Source of the DNA: Eledone cirrhosa
Taxonomy: Eukaryota
NCBI GenBank assembly: GCA_964016885.1
Contig: OZ024761.1
Location: forward strand, 5,394,001 to 5,458,000
Direction of reading: 5' to 3'
DNA: 64,000 nucleotides
Part shown: piece by piece, positions 1 through 13,543 of the stretch
How positions within the stretch are numbered: position 1 is the stretch's first letter
Layout of the letters: every line of letters starts with the position of its first letter
Translations under genes and position numbers: made by a program
Notes under the pieces: model-generated
The model's input: only the letters and a program-made list of their open reading frames with translations
Databases searched by the model: none
What the model was told of the DNA's origin: nothing

Positions 1-231
1 CAGGAATGATTTCAGGGCCTTTGGTACCATGGTTAGTGAAAGAGAAAGATAGTGGTCAGGACCCTTTTTCAGAACCTCTGAAACTTGTGGGAGAAAGGTA
101 TCCTCAAATTACAGGCCTGGTTAGATTACTTCCAACAAAGTGAACTCCTGTAAACAACTTTGTATAACCAGAACTGGTTTCAGGTGGTTTTCTATCAAAC
201 ATGTTCACCATTCATCTTGCTTATTTCTTCA

Positions 232-814
232 TCTATATATTACTATAAAACTCCGTGATTGCTTGCTTACTTGCTTGTCTGTAATGTAATATAGCCAAAG
301 GGGCGCATAATGGGAAAATACTTTGAAAGGAAGTTGACCCTGAAATGGGAATCCAAATGGAATAAAACAAGTTTTGCGTAAATTGAAGCATGCGTTCCCG
401 AGATACGGGGTTTTTCTGGGTACCTTCATAAACAGAGAGAGAGAGAGAAGGATAGAGAGAAAGAGATAGTGGTTGTGAGAGAGTAGATTGAGAGACATAG
501 AAAAAGGGAGAGGAGACAGAGAAGGAGAATATAAGAGAGAGAGAGCTGGTGGTGTTGTATATATAAGTGTGTATGTGTCTATGACCAGTGTGTATAGATC
601 ACAGACACCCACACATATACATATATATATATGTATACACACACACACATATATACATACACACACGTATATATATATGGGCCTTCCAGTTTCCTTTCAC
701 ATTATATACATGTCTGTGTATATTTTAATTATTTAATAATTATTTTTAAGTGAACATGATTTTTAAAAAAATCTTTTGAAGAGAACGAGACCTAACGGGT
801 CACGGGTGGCCTAG
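232..814 (+). mobile_element. Non-autonomous Helitron-like element with internal microsatellites
   Basis: Starts A|TCTATATATTACTATAAAA and ends with a subterminal hairpin (gacc-taac-gggtc) followed by CTAG|T. TC...CTAG termini inserted between A and T without a TSD are the Helitron signature. Confidence 0.65.
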
Positions 815-823
815 TTTATTTAA

Positions 824-1381
824 AACCCCTTTTGATATCAACCTGACCAAAGCTGGCTCTGGTTCTATGAAACAAATTCACCTGTTTTAAAGGGGGATCC
901 CTATTTAAATATTCACGGTTTTCCACTGCTCCTGGCAACTGTTCCCTACTGAGGGTTATATCGCCTGAGAATATCCTGAATTGTGGAGAGTTTTTGTTGA
1001 GAATGTTCGACTGCTCACAATGATGATTTGAATATAAAATTTTCCAGCATAATTTTGTCTAAAAACCATATATTAATTTACTACTTTAGTAAAGAAATAA
1101 ATTGTCTTAGTAAATCCCTCAAAATCCTTCATTAATTGAAATAGAGGGTGGTGGATTGGCAGTATCGGTAGAGGGTCGGACGCCATGCTTTCCAGCATAG
1201 TTACGTCCCTTTACGATCTGTGTTCAAATCCCGCCGAGGTTGACTTTGCTTTCATCCTTACGGGGTCGATAAAATAAAGTACCAGTAATGCACTGGTTAA
1301 TTGCTGGCCTTGTGCCTAAAGAAGAAACAATTAATTGAAGTAGAGTATATTTCATTAGAAATATAGTCATGGATTAGTTAA
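824..1381. mobile_element. Degenerate TTAA-type MITE (family B) with a nested SINE
   Basis: Begins aacccctttt-gatatcaacctg and ends ttcattagaaatatagtcatggattagttaa; similar to 32391-32628 and to the MITE body at 13400-13560. Confidence 0.5.
1147..1329 (+). mobile_element. tRNA-derived SINE with Deu/Nin-like central domain
   Basis: Pol III box A (tggcagtatcgg) and box B (gttcaaatcc); core tttcatccttacggggtcgataaaataaagtaccagt; ~16-bp TSD attaattgaa(a/g)tagag. Confidence 0.8.
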
Positions 1382-1418
1382 AAATAAAACTTTCTTTTTC
1401 TTTTAAAATCTTCTATAG

Positions 1419-1818
1419 ATCCAGAAAGAAGCTGAAAGATGTGATTATCTTGGAGGTTTCATGTGCCTAATGAGTGTTGCTGGTGGTACAGGTTCTGGTG
1501 TAGGGGCTTACCTCACTCGCTGTCTTCGTGATGCCTACCCTAATGCCTTCATCCTCAATCAAGTGATCTGGCCCTATCATACCGGTGAAGTGATTGTCCA
1601 GAATTACAATGCTCTATTGACCCTGTCCAACCTCTATCCAACATCCGATGCCATCCTGCTCATCACTAATGACCAGATGCAGGATATCTGCACCCGGCGA
1701 CTGCACATTAAACAAGTGACCTTTGAGAACATGAATTGTGTTATTGCTGACCAGTTGACCAGCCTGCTGCAGCCTTTATACAGAGCTAACACTGGCAACA
1801 GAGTTCACAATTGTCTTG
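1419..1818 (+). CDS. TUBD1: Delta-tubulin, internal coding exon (gene 5' end outside window)
   Basis: ctatag| acceptor, |gtaagt donor. Encodes IQKEAERCD...AGGTGSGVG (tubulin signature)...QVIWPYHTGEVIVQNYNALLTL, typical of delta-tubulin. Phase 0 to 1. Confidence 0.95.
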
Positions 1819-1891
1819 GTAAGTATTGACCGTATTACTCTAATTAGCCACCAACGAACCCAACCCTCTCTCCCCCCACACATTTTATTTC

Positions 1892-4800
1892 ACTGTAGGA
1901 GGTGTAGTGTAGTGTCTACTGTAGGAGGTGTGGTGTAGTGTCTACTGTAGGAGGTGTGGTGTAGTGTCTACTGTAGGAGGTGTGGTGTAGTGTCTACTGT
2001 AGGAGGTGTGGTGTAGTGTCTACTGTAGGAGGTGTGGTGTAGTGTCTACTGTAAGAGGTGTGGTGTAGTGTCTACTGTAGGTGTGGTGTAGTGTCTACTG
2101 TAAGAGGTGTGGTGTAGTGTCTATTGTAGGAGGTGTGGTGTAGTGTCTACTGTAGGGGGTGTAGTGTATTGTCTACTGTAGGTGTGGTGTAGTGTCTACT
2201 GTAAGAGGTGTGGTGTAGTGTCTATTGTAGGAGGTGTGGTGTAGTGTCTACTGTAAGAGGTGTGGTGTAGTGTCTATTGTAGGAGGTGTGGTGTAGTGTC
2301 TACTGTAAGAGGTGTGGTGTAGTGTCTACTGTAGGAGGTGTAGTGTAGTGTCTACTGTAGGAGGTGTAGTGTAGTGTCTACTGTAGGAGGTGTGGTGTAG
2401 TGTCTACTGTAGGAGGTGTAGTGTAGTGTCTACTGTAGGTGTGGTGTAGTGTCTACTGTAAGAGGTGTGGTGTAGTGTCTATTGTAGGAGGTGTGGTGTA
2501 GTGTCTACTGTAGGGGGTGTAGTGTATTGTCTACTGTAGGAGATGTGGTGTAGTGTCTACTGTAGGAGGTGTAGTGTAGTGTCTACTGTAGGAGGTGTGG
2601 TGTAGTGTCTACTGTAAGAGGTGTGGTGTAGTGTCTATTGTAGGAGGTGTGGTGTAGTGTCTACTGTAAGAGGTGTGGTGTAGTGTCTACTGTAAGAGAT
2701 GTGGTGTAGTGTCTACTGTAGGAGGTGTAGTGTAGTGTCTACTGTAGGTGTGGTGTAGTGTCTACTGTAAGAGGTGTGGTGTAGTGTCTACTGTAGGAGG
2801 TGTAGTGTAGTGTCTACTGTAGGAGGTGTGGTGTAGTGTCTACTGTAGGAGGTGTAGTGTAGTGTCTACTGTAGGAGGTGTGGTGTAGTGTCTACTGTAA
2901 GAGGTGTAGTGTAGTGTCTACTGTAGGAGGTGTAGTGTAGTGTCTACTGTAGGTGTGGTGTAGTGTCTACTGTAAGAGGTGTGGTGTAGTGTCTACTGTA
3001 GGAGGTGTAGTGTAGTGTCTACTGTAGGTGTGGTGTAGTGTCTACTGTAAGAGGTGTGGTGTAGTGTCTACTGTAGGAGGTGTAGTGTAGTGTCTACTGT
3101 AGGTGTGGTGTAGTGTCTACTGTAAGAGGTGTGGTGTAGTGTCTACTGTAGGAGGTGTAGTGTAGTGTCTACTGTAACAGGTGTAGTGTAGTGTCTACTG
3201 TAGGAGGTGTGGTGTAGTGTCTACTGTAGGAGGTGTAGTGTAGTGTCTACTGCAGGAGGTGTAGTGTAGTGTCTACTGTAGGAGGTGTAGTGTAGTGTCT
3301 ACTATAGGAGGTGTAGTGTAGTGTCTACTGTAAGAGGTGTGGTGTAGTGTCTACTGTAGGAGGTGTGGTGTAGTGTCTATTGTAGGAGGTGTGGTGTAAT
3401 GTCTACTGCAGGAGGTGTAGTGTAGTGTCTACTGTAGGAGGTGTAGTGTAGTGTCTACTGTAGGAGGTGTGGTGTAGTGTCTACTGTAGGAGGTGTAGTG
3501 TAGTGTCTACTGTAGGAGGTGTAGTGTAGTGTCTACTGTAACAGGTGTAGTGTAGTGTCTACTGCAGGAGGTGTGGTGTAGTGTCTACTGTAGGTGTGGT
3601 GTAGTGTCTATTGTAAGAGGTGTGGTGTAGTGTCTACTGCAGGAGGTGTGGTGTAGTGTCTACTGTAGGTGTGGTGTCGTGTCTACTGTAGGAGGTGTGG
3701 TGTAGTGTCTATTGTAAGAGGTGTGGTGTCGTGTCTACTGTAGGAGGTGTGGTGTAGTGTCTACTGTAAGAGGTGTGGTGTAGTGTCTACTGTAGGAGGT
3801 GTGGTGTAGTGTCTACTGTAAGAGGTGTGGTGTAGTGTCTATTGTAGGTGTGGTGTAGTGTCTATTGTAGGAGGTGTGGTGTAGTGTCTATTGTAGGAGG
3901 TGTGGTGTAGTGTCTACTGTAGGAGGTGTAGTGTACTGTCTACTGTAAGAGGTGTGGTGTAGTGTCTATTGTAGGTGTGGTGTAGTGTCTACTGTAAGAG
4001 GTGTGGTGTAGTGTCTATTGTAGGAGGTGTGGTGTACTGTCTACTGTAGGAGGTGTGGTGTAGTGTCTATTGTAGGAGGTGTGGTGTAGTGTCTATTGTA
4101 GGAGATGTGGTGTAGTGTCTACTGTAGGAGGTGTAGTGTAGTGTCTACTGTAACAGGTGTAGTGTAGTGTCTACTGTAGGTGTAGTGTAGTGTCTACTGT
4201 AACAGGTGTAGTGTAGTGTCTACTGTAGGAGGTGTAGTGTAGTGTCTACTGTAACAGGTGTAGTGTAGTGTCTACTGTAGGAGGTGTAGTGTAGTGTCTA
4301 CTGTAAGAGGTGTGGTGTAGTGTCTACTGTAGGAGGTGTGGTGTAGTGTCTACTGTAGGAGGTGTGGTGTAGTGTCTACTGTAACAGGTGTAGTGTAGTA
4401 TCTACTGTAGGAGGTGTGGTGTAGTGTCTACTGTAGGAGGTGTAGTGTAGTTTCTACTGTAGGAGGTGTGGTGTAGTGTCTACTGTAGGAGGTGTGGTGT
4501 AGTGTCTACTGTAACAGGTGTGGTGTAGTGTCTACTGTAACAGGTGTGGTGTAGTGTCTACTGTAACAGGTGTAGTGTATTGTCTACTGTAGGAGGTGTG
4601 GTGTAGTGTCTACTGTAGGAGGTGTAGTGTAGTGTCTACTGTAGGAGGTGTGGTGTAGTGTCTACTGTAAGAGGTGTGGTGTAGTGTCTACTGTAGGAGG
4701 TGTAGTGTAGTGTCTACTGCAGGAGGTGTGGTGTAGTGTCTACTGTAGGAGGTGTGGTGTAGTGTCTACTGTAGGAGGTGTGGTGTAGTGTCTACTGTAA

Positions 4801-6012
4801 CAGGTGTAGTGTAGTATCTACTGTAGGAGGTGTGGTGTAGTGTCTACTGTAGGAGGTGTGTAGTTTCTACTGTAGGAGGTGTGGTGTAGTGTCTACTGTA
4901 ACAGGTGTAGTGTAGTGTCTACTGTAGGTGTAGTGTAGTGTCTACTGTAACAGGTGTAGTGTAGTGTCTACTGTAGGAGGTGTAGTGTAGTGTCTACTGT
5001 AACAGGTGTAGTGTAGTGTCTACTGTAGGAGGTGTGGTGTAGTGTCTACTGTAGGAGGTGTGGTGTAGTGTCTACTGTAGGGGGTGTAGTGTATTGTCTA
5101 CTGTAGGAGATGTGGTGTAGTGTCTACTGTAGGAGGTGTGGTGTAGTGTCTACTGTAGGAGGTGTAGTGTATTGTCTACTGTAGGAGGTGTGGTGTAGTG
5201 TCTACTGTAGGAGGTGTGGTGTAGTGTCTACTGTAGGAGGTGTGGTGTAGTGTCTACTGTAAGAGGTGTAGTGTAGTGTCTATTGTAGGAGGTGTGGTGT
5301 AGTGTCTACTGCAGGAGGTGTGGTGTAGTGTCTACTGTAACAGGTGTAGTGTAGTGTCTATTGTAGGAGGTGTGGTGTAGTTTCTACTGCAGGAGGTGTG
5401 GTGTAGTGTCTACTGTAAGAGGTGTGGTGTAGTGTCTACTGTAGGAGGTGTGGTGTAGTGTCTACTGTAAGAGGTGTGGTGTAGTGTCTATTGTAGGAGG
5501 TGTGGTGTAGTGTCTACTGTAGGAGGTGTAGTGTAGTATCTACTGTAGGAGGTGTAGTGTAGTGTCTACTGTAGGAGGTGTAGTGTAGTTTCTACTGTAG
5601 GAGGTGTGGTGTAGTGTCTACTGTAACAGGTGTAGTGTAGTGTCTACTGTAGGTGTAGTGTAGTGTCTACTGTAACAGGTGTAGTGTAGTGTCTACTGTA
5701 GGAGGTGTAGTGTAGTGTCTACTGTAACAGGTGTAGTGTAGTGTCTACTGTAGGAGGTGTGGTGTAGTGTCTACTGTAGGAGGTGTAGTGTAGTGTCTAC
5801 TGTAGGGGGTGTAGTGTATTGTCTACTGTAGGAGATGTGGTGTAGTGTCTACTGTAGGAGGTGTGGTGTAGTGTCTACTGTAGGAGGTGTAGTGTATTGT
5901 CTACTGTAGGAGGTGTGGTGTAGTGTCTACTGTAGGAGGTGTGGTGTAGTGTCTACTGTAGGAGGTGTGCTGTAGTGTCTACTGTAGGAGGTGTAGTGTA
6001 GTGTCTACTGTA
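1892..6012 (+). repeat. Minisatellite, 26-bp unit ACTGTAGGAGGTGTGGTGTAGTGTCT, ~155-160 copies
   Basis: Tandem repeat seen directly, with 23-bp deletion variants and block duplications. Confidence 0.98.
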
Positions 6013-6229
6013 GCAGCGTTCAGGGTAGCAAACCTTATCAATAAAAGACAAAACTTCTGTTGTGATAGGAAAATTATAGAATATTTATCAACATATTTGA
6101 TTTTGTGCTTCATTTCGAATACTTATATTTGTGAAAGTCTGAGAGGAAGATGGAGACATGTGCAGCTTTCTGGACTGATGTACACATGGACTAGAGTGAG
6201 TTCCTTGAAGGAGGTGAATACTGGATTGA

Positions 6230-8975
6230 ACTGGTCAGTACTTCACTGTCCAGTCACCAAGTCAAACCTTGGTCTCAACTGGTCAGTACCTCAGTCCAGT
6301 CACCAAGTGAAACCTTGGTCTCAACTGGTCAGTACCTCACTGTCCAGTCACCAAGTCAAACCTTGGACTCAACTGGTCAGTACCTCACTGTCCAGTCACC
6401 AAGTCAAACCTTGGTCTTAACTGGTCAGTACCTCACTGTCCAGTCACCAAGTCAAACCTTGGACTCAACTGGTCAGTACCTCACTGTCCAGTCACCATGT
6501 CAAACCTTGGTCTCAACTGGTCAGTGCTTCACTGTCCAGTCACCAAGTCAAACCTTGGTCTCAACTGTCAGTACCTCACTGTCCAGTCACCAAGTCAAAC
6601 CTTGGACTCAACTGGTCAGTACCTCACTGTCCAGTCACCATGTCAAACCTTGGTCTCAACTGGTCAGTGCTTCACTGTCCAGTCACCAAGTCAAACCTTG
6701 GTCTCAACTGTCAGTACCTCACTGTCCAGTCACCAAGTCAAACCTTGGACTCAACTGGTCAGTACCTCACTGTCCAGTCACCAAGTCAAACCTTGGTCTC
6801 AACTGTCAGTACCTCACTGTCCAGTCACCAAGTCAAACCTTGGTCTCAACTGTCAGTACCTCACTGTCCAGTCACCAAGTCAAACCTTGGTCTCAACTGG
6901 TCAGTACCTCAGTCCAGTCACCAAGTGAAACCTTGGTCTCAACTGGTCAGTACCTCACTGTCCAGTCACCAAGTCAAACCTTGGACTCAACTGGTCAGTA
7001 CCTCACTGTCCAGTCACCAAGTCAAACCTTGGACTCAACTGGTCAGTACATCACTGTCCAGTCACCATGTCAAACCTTGGTCTCAACTGGTCAGTACCTC
7101 ACTGTCCAGTCACCAAGTCAAACCTTGGTCTCAACTGTCAGTACCTCACTGTCCAGTCACCAAGTCAAACCTTGGTCTCAACTGTCAGTACCTCACTGTC
7201 CAGTCACCAAGTCAAACCTTGGACTCAACTGGTCAGTACCTCACTGTCCAGTCACCAAGTCAAACCTTGGACTCAAGTGGTCTGTACCTCACTGTCCAGT
7301 CACCAAGTCAAACCTTGGACTCAAGTGGTCAGTACCTCACTGTCCAGTCACCAAGTCAAACCTTGGACTCAACTGGTCAGTACCTCACTGTCCAGTCACC
7401 AAGTCAAACCTTGGTCTCAACTGGTCAGTACCTCACTGTCCAGTCACCAAGTCAAACCTTGGACTCAACTGGTCAATACCTCACTGTCCAGTCACCATGT
7501 CAAACCTTGGTCTCAACTGGTCAGTACCTCACTGTCCAGTTACCAAGTAAACCTTGGTCTCAACTGGTCAGTACTTCACTGTCCAGTCACCAAGTCAAAC
7601 CTTGGTCTCAACTGGTCAGTACTTCACTGTCCAGTCACCATGTCAAACCTTGGTCTCAACTGGTCAGTACTTCACTGTCCAGTCACCAAGTCAAACCTTG
7701 TACTCAACTGGTCAGTACTTCACTGTCCAGTCACCAAGTCAAACCTTGGACTCAAGTGGTCAGTACTTCACTGTCCAGTCACCAAGTCAAACCTTGGACT
7801 CAACTGTCAGTACCTCACTGTCCAGTCACCAAGTCAAACCTTGGACTCAACTGGTCAGTACCTCACTGTCCAGTCACCAAGTCAAACCTTGGTCTCAACT
7901 GTCAGTACCTCACTGTCCAGTCACCAAGTCAAACCTTGGACTCAACTGGTCAGTACCTCACTGTCCAGTCACCAAGTCAAACCCTGGTCTCAACTGTCAG
8001 TACCTCACTGTCCAGTCACCAAGTCAAACCTTGGACTCAACTGGTCAGTACCTCACTGTCCAGTCACCAAGTCAAACCTTGGTCTCAACTGTCAGTACCT
8101 CACTGTCCAGTCACCAAGTCAAACCTTGGACTCAACTGGTCAGTACCTCACTGTCCAGTCACCAAGTCAAACCCTGGTCTCAACTGTCAGTACCTCACTG
8201 TCCAGTCACCAAGTCAAACCTTGGACTCAACTGGTCAGTACCTCACTGTCCAGTCACCAAGTCAAACCTTGGTCTCAACTGTCAGTACCTCACTGTCCAG
8301 TCACCAAGTCAAACCTTGGACTCAACTGGTCAGTACCTCACTGTCCAGTCACCAAGTCAAACCCTGGTCTCAACTGTCAGTACCTCACTGTCCAGTCACC
8401 AAGTCAAACCTTGGACTCAAGTGGTCAGTACCTCACTGTCCAGTCACCAAGTCAAACCTTGGTCTCAACTGTCAGTACCTCACTGTCCAGTCACCAAGTC
8501 AAACCTTGGTCTCAACTGTCAGTACCTCACTGTCCAGTCACCAAGTCAAACCTTGGACTCAACTGGTCAGTACCTCACTGTCCAGTCACCAAGTCAAACC
8601 TTGGTCTCAACTGTCAGTACCTCACTGTCCAGTCACCAAGTCAAACCTTGGACTCAACTGGTCAGTACCTCACTGTCCAGTCACCAAGTCAAACCTTGGT
8701 CTCAACTGGTCAGTACCTCACTGTCCAGTCACCAAGTCAAACCTTGGACTCAACTGGTCAGTACCTCACTGTCCAGTCACCAAGTCAAACCTTGGTCTCA
8801 ACTGTCAGTACCTCACTGTCCAGTCACCAAGTCAAACCTTGGTCTCAACTGGTCAGTACCTCACTGTCCAGTCACCAAGTCAAACCTTGGACTCAACTGG
8901 TCAGTACCTCACTGTCCAGTCACCAAGTCAAACCTTGGACTCAACTGGTCAGTACCTCACTGTCCAGTCACCAAA
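6230..8975 (+). repeat. Minisatellite, 48/47-bp unit, ~57 copies
   Basis: Unit aactggtcagtacctcactgtccagtcaccaagtcaaaccttgg(t/a)ctc; alternating 48+47 dimer in the distal half. Confidence 0.98.
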
Positions 8976-9086
8976 CCTGTATCTATTTGTATCATTATAT
9001 CCTGGAAGCCACGACCTTAACCACAAGACCACACCTTTATTTTGTATCTTTTCTTTTATTTTTATTTTTATCTTCTAATAATTCAG

Positions 9087-9251
9087 GTGACATGTTGCAG
9101 ACACTAACACCTCACCCTGATTATAAACTTCTGACAGTAAAGAAGACACCGCAGGTATCTGAAAAGATTGCCGTTTATAACTCAGACACCTGGATGGGAT
9201 TGTTGAAACACCTCAGACAAATGCAGATTGCTGACTCGGCCACAGATGAAG
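9087..9251 (+). CDS. TUBD1: Delta-tubulin, internal coding exon
   Basis: ttcag|...|gtaat, 165 bp, phase 1-1. Encodes GDMLQTLTPHPDYKLL...TWMGLLKHLRQMQIA...EG. Confidence 0.93.
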
Positions 9252-9544
9252 GTAATTCATAGCATTAAGTCTTATCTCTCTCTCTCTCTGTCATTTTCAC
9301 CTGTTATTTCAGTAGAAATACTCACCTGTATTCACCTCTATTCTATATTTTCTGTTGGATTACTTTGGTGTCTCATCCGGTGCCTATAAATATATGATTA
9401 AGGCTTTAATAATACAATCACACCCTAATGTACAAAATTGTATTTCTATGGGGTGGCTGAAGAGGAGAACAGGTGTTCGTAGGCATTTGTCATTTATGTC
9501 CATTGATCTAGGTGCACATTTGCTAATGTTTATTATATATATCA

Positions 9545-10100
9545 TCATCATCATTTTAAGTCCACTTTTCCACACTTGTATAGGTTGGGGGGTTCTTTTT
9601 CAGCACAGCATCACTCCACAGTTCATTGCTTCACCATCTCCTCTGTGAGTTTCAACAATTTGACATCAGCTCTCACTCCCTCCGCCTAGGTCTTCCTTGG
9701 TCTTCCTCTACTGCAGCTTCCTTCCACTAGGATTTCTTGGTACTTCTTCACCCAGCTACCATCATCTATGCACATCACATGTCCATACCAGCACAGTCTC
9801 CTCTCCTGCACATATCTGATTCCTCTTATACTCAGTTTCTCCCTCAGTTCATCCATGCTTTATTATTCTCGCACATTAACATTGCACATCTATCAAAGCA
9901 TACTTGCTTCTTTTCTCTCCAGCTGTCACATATCCTCTGCATTCACAGCCCATATCCCACTACCATGCAACATTACACTTCACACACAGAGGTCATAAAG
10001 CCGACCTTTCATTTGTAGGGAATGGGGCTTTGTTGTCTACAGAAGTACTAACTCTCTAAACTTCTTCCATCCTGACCTTATTCAAGCTACTATGCTCTCA
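9545..10100 (-). mobile_element. RTE-clade LINE 3' fragment (decayed)
   Basis: Minus strand encodes a degenerate ...RRGRPRKT... C-terminus with an (ATG)n tail; same family as 22249-22490. Confidence 0.7.
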
Positions 10101-10319
10101 GAGCATCCTCCTCCACTACTAAGTAGCACAAGCTATCAACCACTTTTATGGATCCTACCTGAGATTGGGAAAGGTTTCTATCACTGGCACTCTTACTATG
10201 AATTGTTCCTTAACATCTATTACATACAAAGTCTTCTATTCTCGTTAGTCTGCCTGTTATCGCGCAACACCTCTTGTGTACCTGAAATTTGTATTGTGTA
10301 CATTGTATAGAATCTATGC

Positions 10320-11560
10320 CCACTCCTTTTCTACATATTGAGCTTAGGGTCTACCCCTGGATTTCCTGCCAGTTGGTTTTGCCCATAAAATCTGTTCACT
10401 CCTTTTCTACATATTGAGCTTAGGGTCTACCCCTGGATTTCCTGCCAGTTGGTTTTGCCCATAAAATCTGTCCAGCAATTCTTTCCTGGGACATTCTAAC
10501 CACATGCCCATAGTATCGAGTTGTGATCTCTCGATTCAGAGAAGTAGCGTCTCTACCTGGAGTGACTCTCTCATCTCTGAGCTACGCATTTTATTGAGTA
10601 ACGTTACTCCAAAGACCTTTTGGCGGACCCCCATTTCGACCGCTTGTATTCGTGATCGTATTGTTTTGGTCATTACCTAAGATTCAGGAGCATTGTAGGG
10701 TTTTTACAAATACCGAATTGAAGATAGCGAGTTTGGCTTTTACACCTACCTTCCTAATTACTGATTGCTGAAGCTGGCACATTACTGCACCAGCTCCTGC
10801 AATTCCTGTACTTAATTCAGCCTCCTGCCTTCCATCACTCATGAACATGGTCCCAAGATACTTGAACTTCTCTACCTGCTTCAGTGGAACTCCATTCACA
10901 TGTGGAGTGCACCGCACTGGCTTCCATGAGAGGATGAGTGTCTCAGTCTTTGCAACACTGACATTCCAGCCATGCAGCACTCAGCACCAAACATATCAAA
11001 TACAAGACTGAGATCACCCTCTGTCGAGTTAAGTAACATCATGTCGTCTACAAATTCCAGCCAAGTGATTTTACACCTGTCAGTCATGATACCACTTCCA
11101 ACCCTGCTGTGCATGTCAATCCTGTTCATGTAAATAATTGTTTCTACTTTTGGCACAAGTCCAGCAGTTACCCAGTGTATTACTGGTACTTTATTTTATC
11201 GACCCCATAAGGATGAAAGGCAAAGTTAACCTCAGCGGGATTTGAACTCAGAATAGCAAGGGCCGTAACTTTATGCGTCAAAGCATGGCGTCCGACCCTC
11301 TACCGATACTGCCAATCTACCGCCCTGTTCATGTAAATAATGAACAGGAGAGGTGACAGTACGCACTCTTGGTTGAGTCCGATTCCCACATTGAATTGCT
11401 TCGATTTATCACTATTTATAAAGTACAAATACTCAGACATTCGTATAAAGACATCAGGGCAGTAAGAAGTTGACCACCGATCCCATACTCCTGCAGAACC
11501 TTCCGCAGTAGGTCCCGTGGAACGCAGTCATATGCATTTTTGAGGTCTGCCAAACAAGAA
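10320..11560 (-). mobile_element. RTE-clade LINE RT fragment (decayed), interrupted by a SINE
   Basis: Frameshifted RT motifs: LSPLLFIIYMNRID, EFVDD, GVPLKQVEKFKYLG; ~80-bp duplication at 10315-10470. Confidence 0.8.
11139..11323 (-). mobile_element. Deu/Nin-like SINE with 18-bp TSD
   Basis: Reverse complement of the 1147 family; TSD cctgttcatgtaaataat at 11121-11138 and 11324-11341. Confidence 0.88.
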
Positions 11561-11859
11561 TATACCTATATATATTCATATAGAGACATCAGGACTGCAA
11601 GATTACAGTGTTTATTTTTATCTAAAAAGCTTCCATCATAATTTTATGTAAGAACCTTTATGTAATGTTGCAAGCACCGCCTAAATAATAAGAAAGTTAT
11701 ATTATTAACCCTTTACCATTTAAACTGGCCGTATCCAGCCAGAATCTTCTCACCTCTTTCTGTTCAAACTGGCTGTAACTGACCACTCATACTGATGTTA
11801 AGGTATTGTTCTCAAAATAAATAACCTCAAAATCTCATAGATTCAGTAGTGTGTGAGAT

Positions 11860-12978
11860 AATTATGTGAGGTAAAGAGTTTACTGTGAAAATACAATAGT
11901 ATATATAGAGTAATGTAAATGTTATGTGAGATATTATGTGAGATAAAGCCTTTACTGTGAAAATATAATAGTATATATAGAGTAATGTAAATGTTATGTG
12001 AGATATTATGTGAGGTAAAGCCTTTACTGTGAAAATACAATAGTATATATAGAGTAATGTAAATGTTATGTGAGATATTATGTGAGATAAAGCCTTTACT
12101 GTGAAAATATAATAGTATATATAGAGTAATGTAAATGTTATGTGAGATATTATGTGAGGTAAAGCCTTTACTGTGAAAATACAATAGTATATAAAGAGTA
12201 ATGTAAATGTTATGTGAGATAAAGCCTTTACTGTGAAAATACAATAGTATATATAGAGTAATGTAAATGTTATGTGAGATATTATGTGAGGTAAAACCTT
12301 TACTGTGAAAATACAATAGTATATATAGAGTAATGTAAATGTTATCTGAGATATTATGTGAGGTAAAGCCTTTACTGTGAAAATACAATAGTATATATAG
12401 AGTAATGTAAATGTTATGCGAGATATTATGTGAGGTAAAGCCTTTACTGTGATAATACAATAGTATATATAGAGTAATGTAAATGTTATGTGAGGTAAAG
12501 CCTTTACTGTGAAAATACAATAGTATATATAGAGTAATGTAAATGTTATGCGAGATATTATGTGAGGTAAAGCCTTTACTGTGATAATACAATAGTATAT
12601 ATAGAGTAATGTAAATGGTATGTGAGATATTATGTGAGGTAAAGCCTTTACTATGATAATACAATAGTATATATAGAGTAATGTAAATGTTATGTGAGAT
12701 ATTATGTGAGGTAAAGCCTTTACTGTGAAAATACAATAGTATATATAGAGTAATGTAAATGTTATGTGAGATATTATGTGAGGTAAAGCCTTTACTGTGA
12801 AAATACAATAGTATATATAGAGTAATGTAAATGTTATGTGAGATATTATGTGAGGTAAAGCCTTTACTGTGAAAATACAATAGTATATATAGAGTAATGT
12901 AAATGTTATGTGAGATATTATGTAAGGTAAAGCCTTTACTGTGACAATACAATAGTATATATAGAGTAATGTAAATAC
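11860..12978 (+). repeat. Minisatellite, 72-bp unit (60-bp variants), ~16 copies, inside MITE-A
   Basis: Unit ttatgtgaggtaaagcctttactgtgaaaatacaatagtatatatagagtaatgtaaatgttatgtgagata. Confidence 0.97.
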
Positions 12979-13166
12979 ATGTTTCTACTTTTGGCACAAG
13001 GCCAGCAATTACCCAGTGCATTACTGGTACTTTATTTTATCGACCCCGTAAGGATGAAAGGCAAAGTCAACCTCGGCGGGATTTGAACTCAGATTGTAAA
13101 GGGACGTTACTATGCTCGAAAGCATGGCGTCCGACGCTCTACCGATACTGCCAATTCACCGCCCTT
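12979..13166 (-). mobile_element. Deu/Nin-like SINE nested in MITE-A, 17-bp TSD
   Basis: TSD tagagtaatgtaaatac at 12962-12978 and 13167-13183. Confidence 0.88.
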
Positions 13167-13543
13167 TAGAGTAATGTAAATACTAAAGGGTTAAATCCCA
13201 TCCACTTCTCAATAATTTTAATATTAATTGAAAATCACAGGCAGTGTTATTCTTTAGACACAATAAAAGGGTTCAAGTGTTTATCACCACCACCACCACC
13301 ATCATCATCACCATCACAACCACCACCACCACCATCATTATCATCCTCAGCATCTGTCTGCTATTCCATGCTTGCACAGCATTTCTCCACTCATCTCAAT
13401 CCTTTATATCTATCTAAAATCTTTGTCATAATTCTATGTAAGAACCTTTGTTATGTTATGTTCCAAACACCAACTTAATAATGAGGGAGTTTGTTATATA
13501 ACTAAATTCCCTCCAAATTCTCTGTAATTTCAATAGTAATTAT

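Larger units (their letters stand above)
11709..13190. mobile_element. TTAA-flanked MITE (family A, piggyBac-like CCC...GGG ends) with an expanded internal 72-bp array
   Basis: ttaa|ccctttaccattta ... taaatactaaaggg|ttaa; body matches the single-unit copy at 33136-33357. Confidence 0.85.

Noticed and set aside
1-228. Possible coding-like sequence at the window start
   Set aside because: No recognisable tubulin or TE motif, and the frames inspected contain stops.
1892-6012. G/T-rich array resembling telomeric repeat
   Set aside because: The 26-bp unit has no TTAGGG and lies within a TUBD1 intron.
6315-9262. Long ORFs (411-812 aa), one running in frame into the TUBD1 exon at 9087
   Set aside because: They arise because the 48-bp unit lacks stops in all + frames; a canonical acceptor at 9086 with matching phase explains the exon.
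11843-13021. 392-aa ORF and similar ones (14858-15993, 34927-36174, 40215-40856, 47798-48505, 55746-56654)
   Set aside because: Translations of minisatellites; no domain content or splice support.
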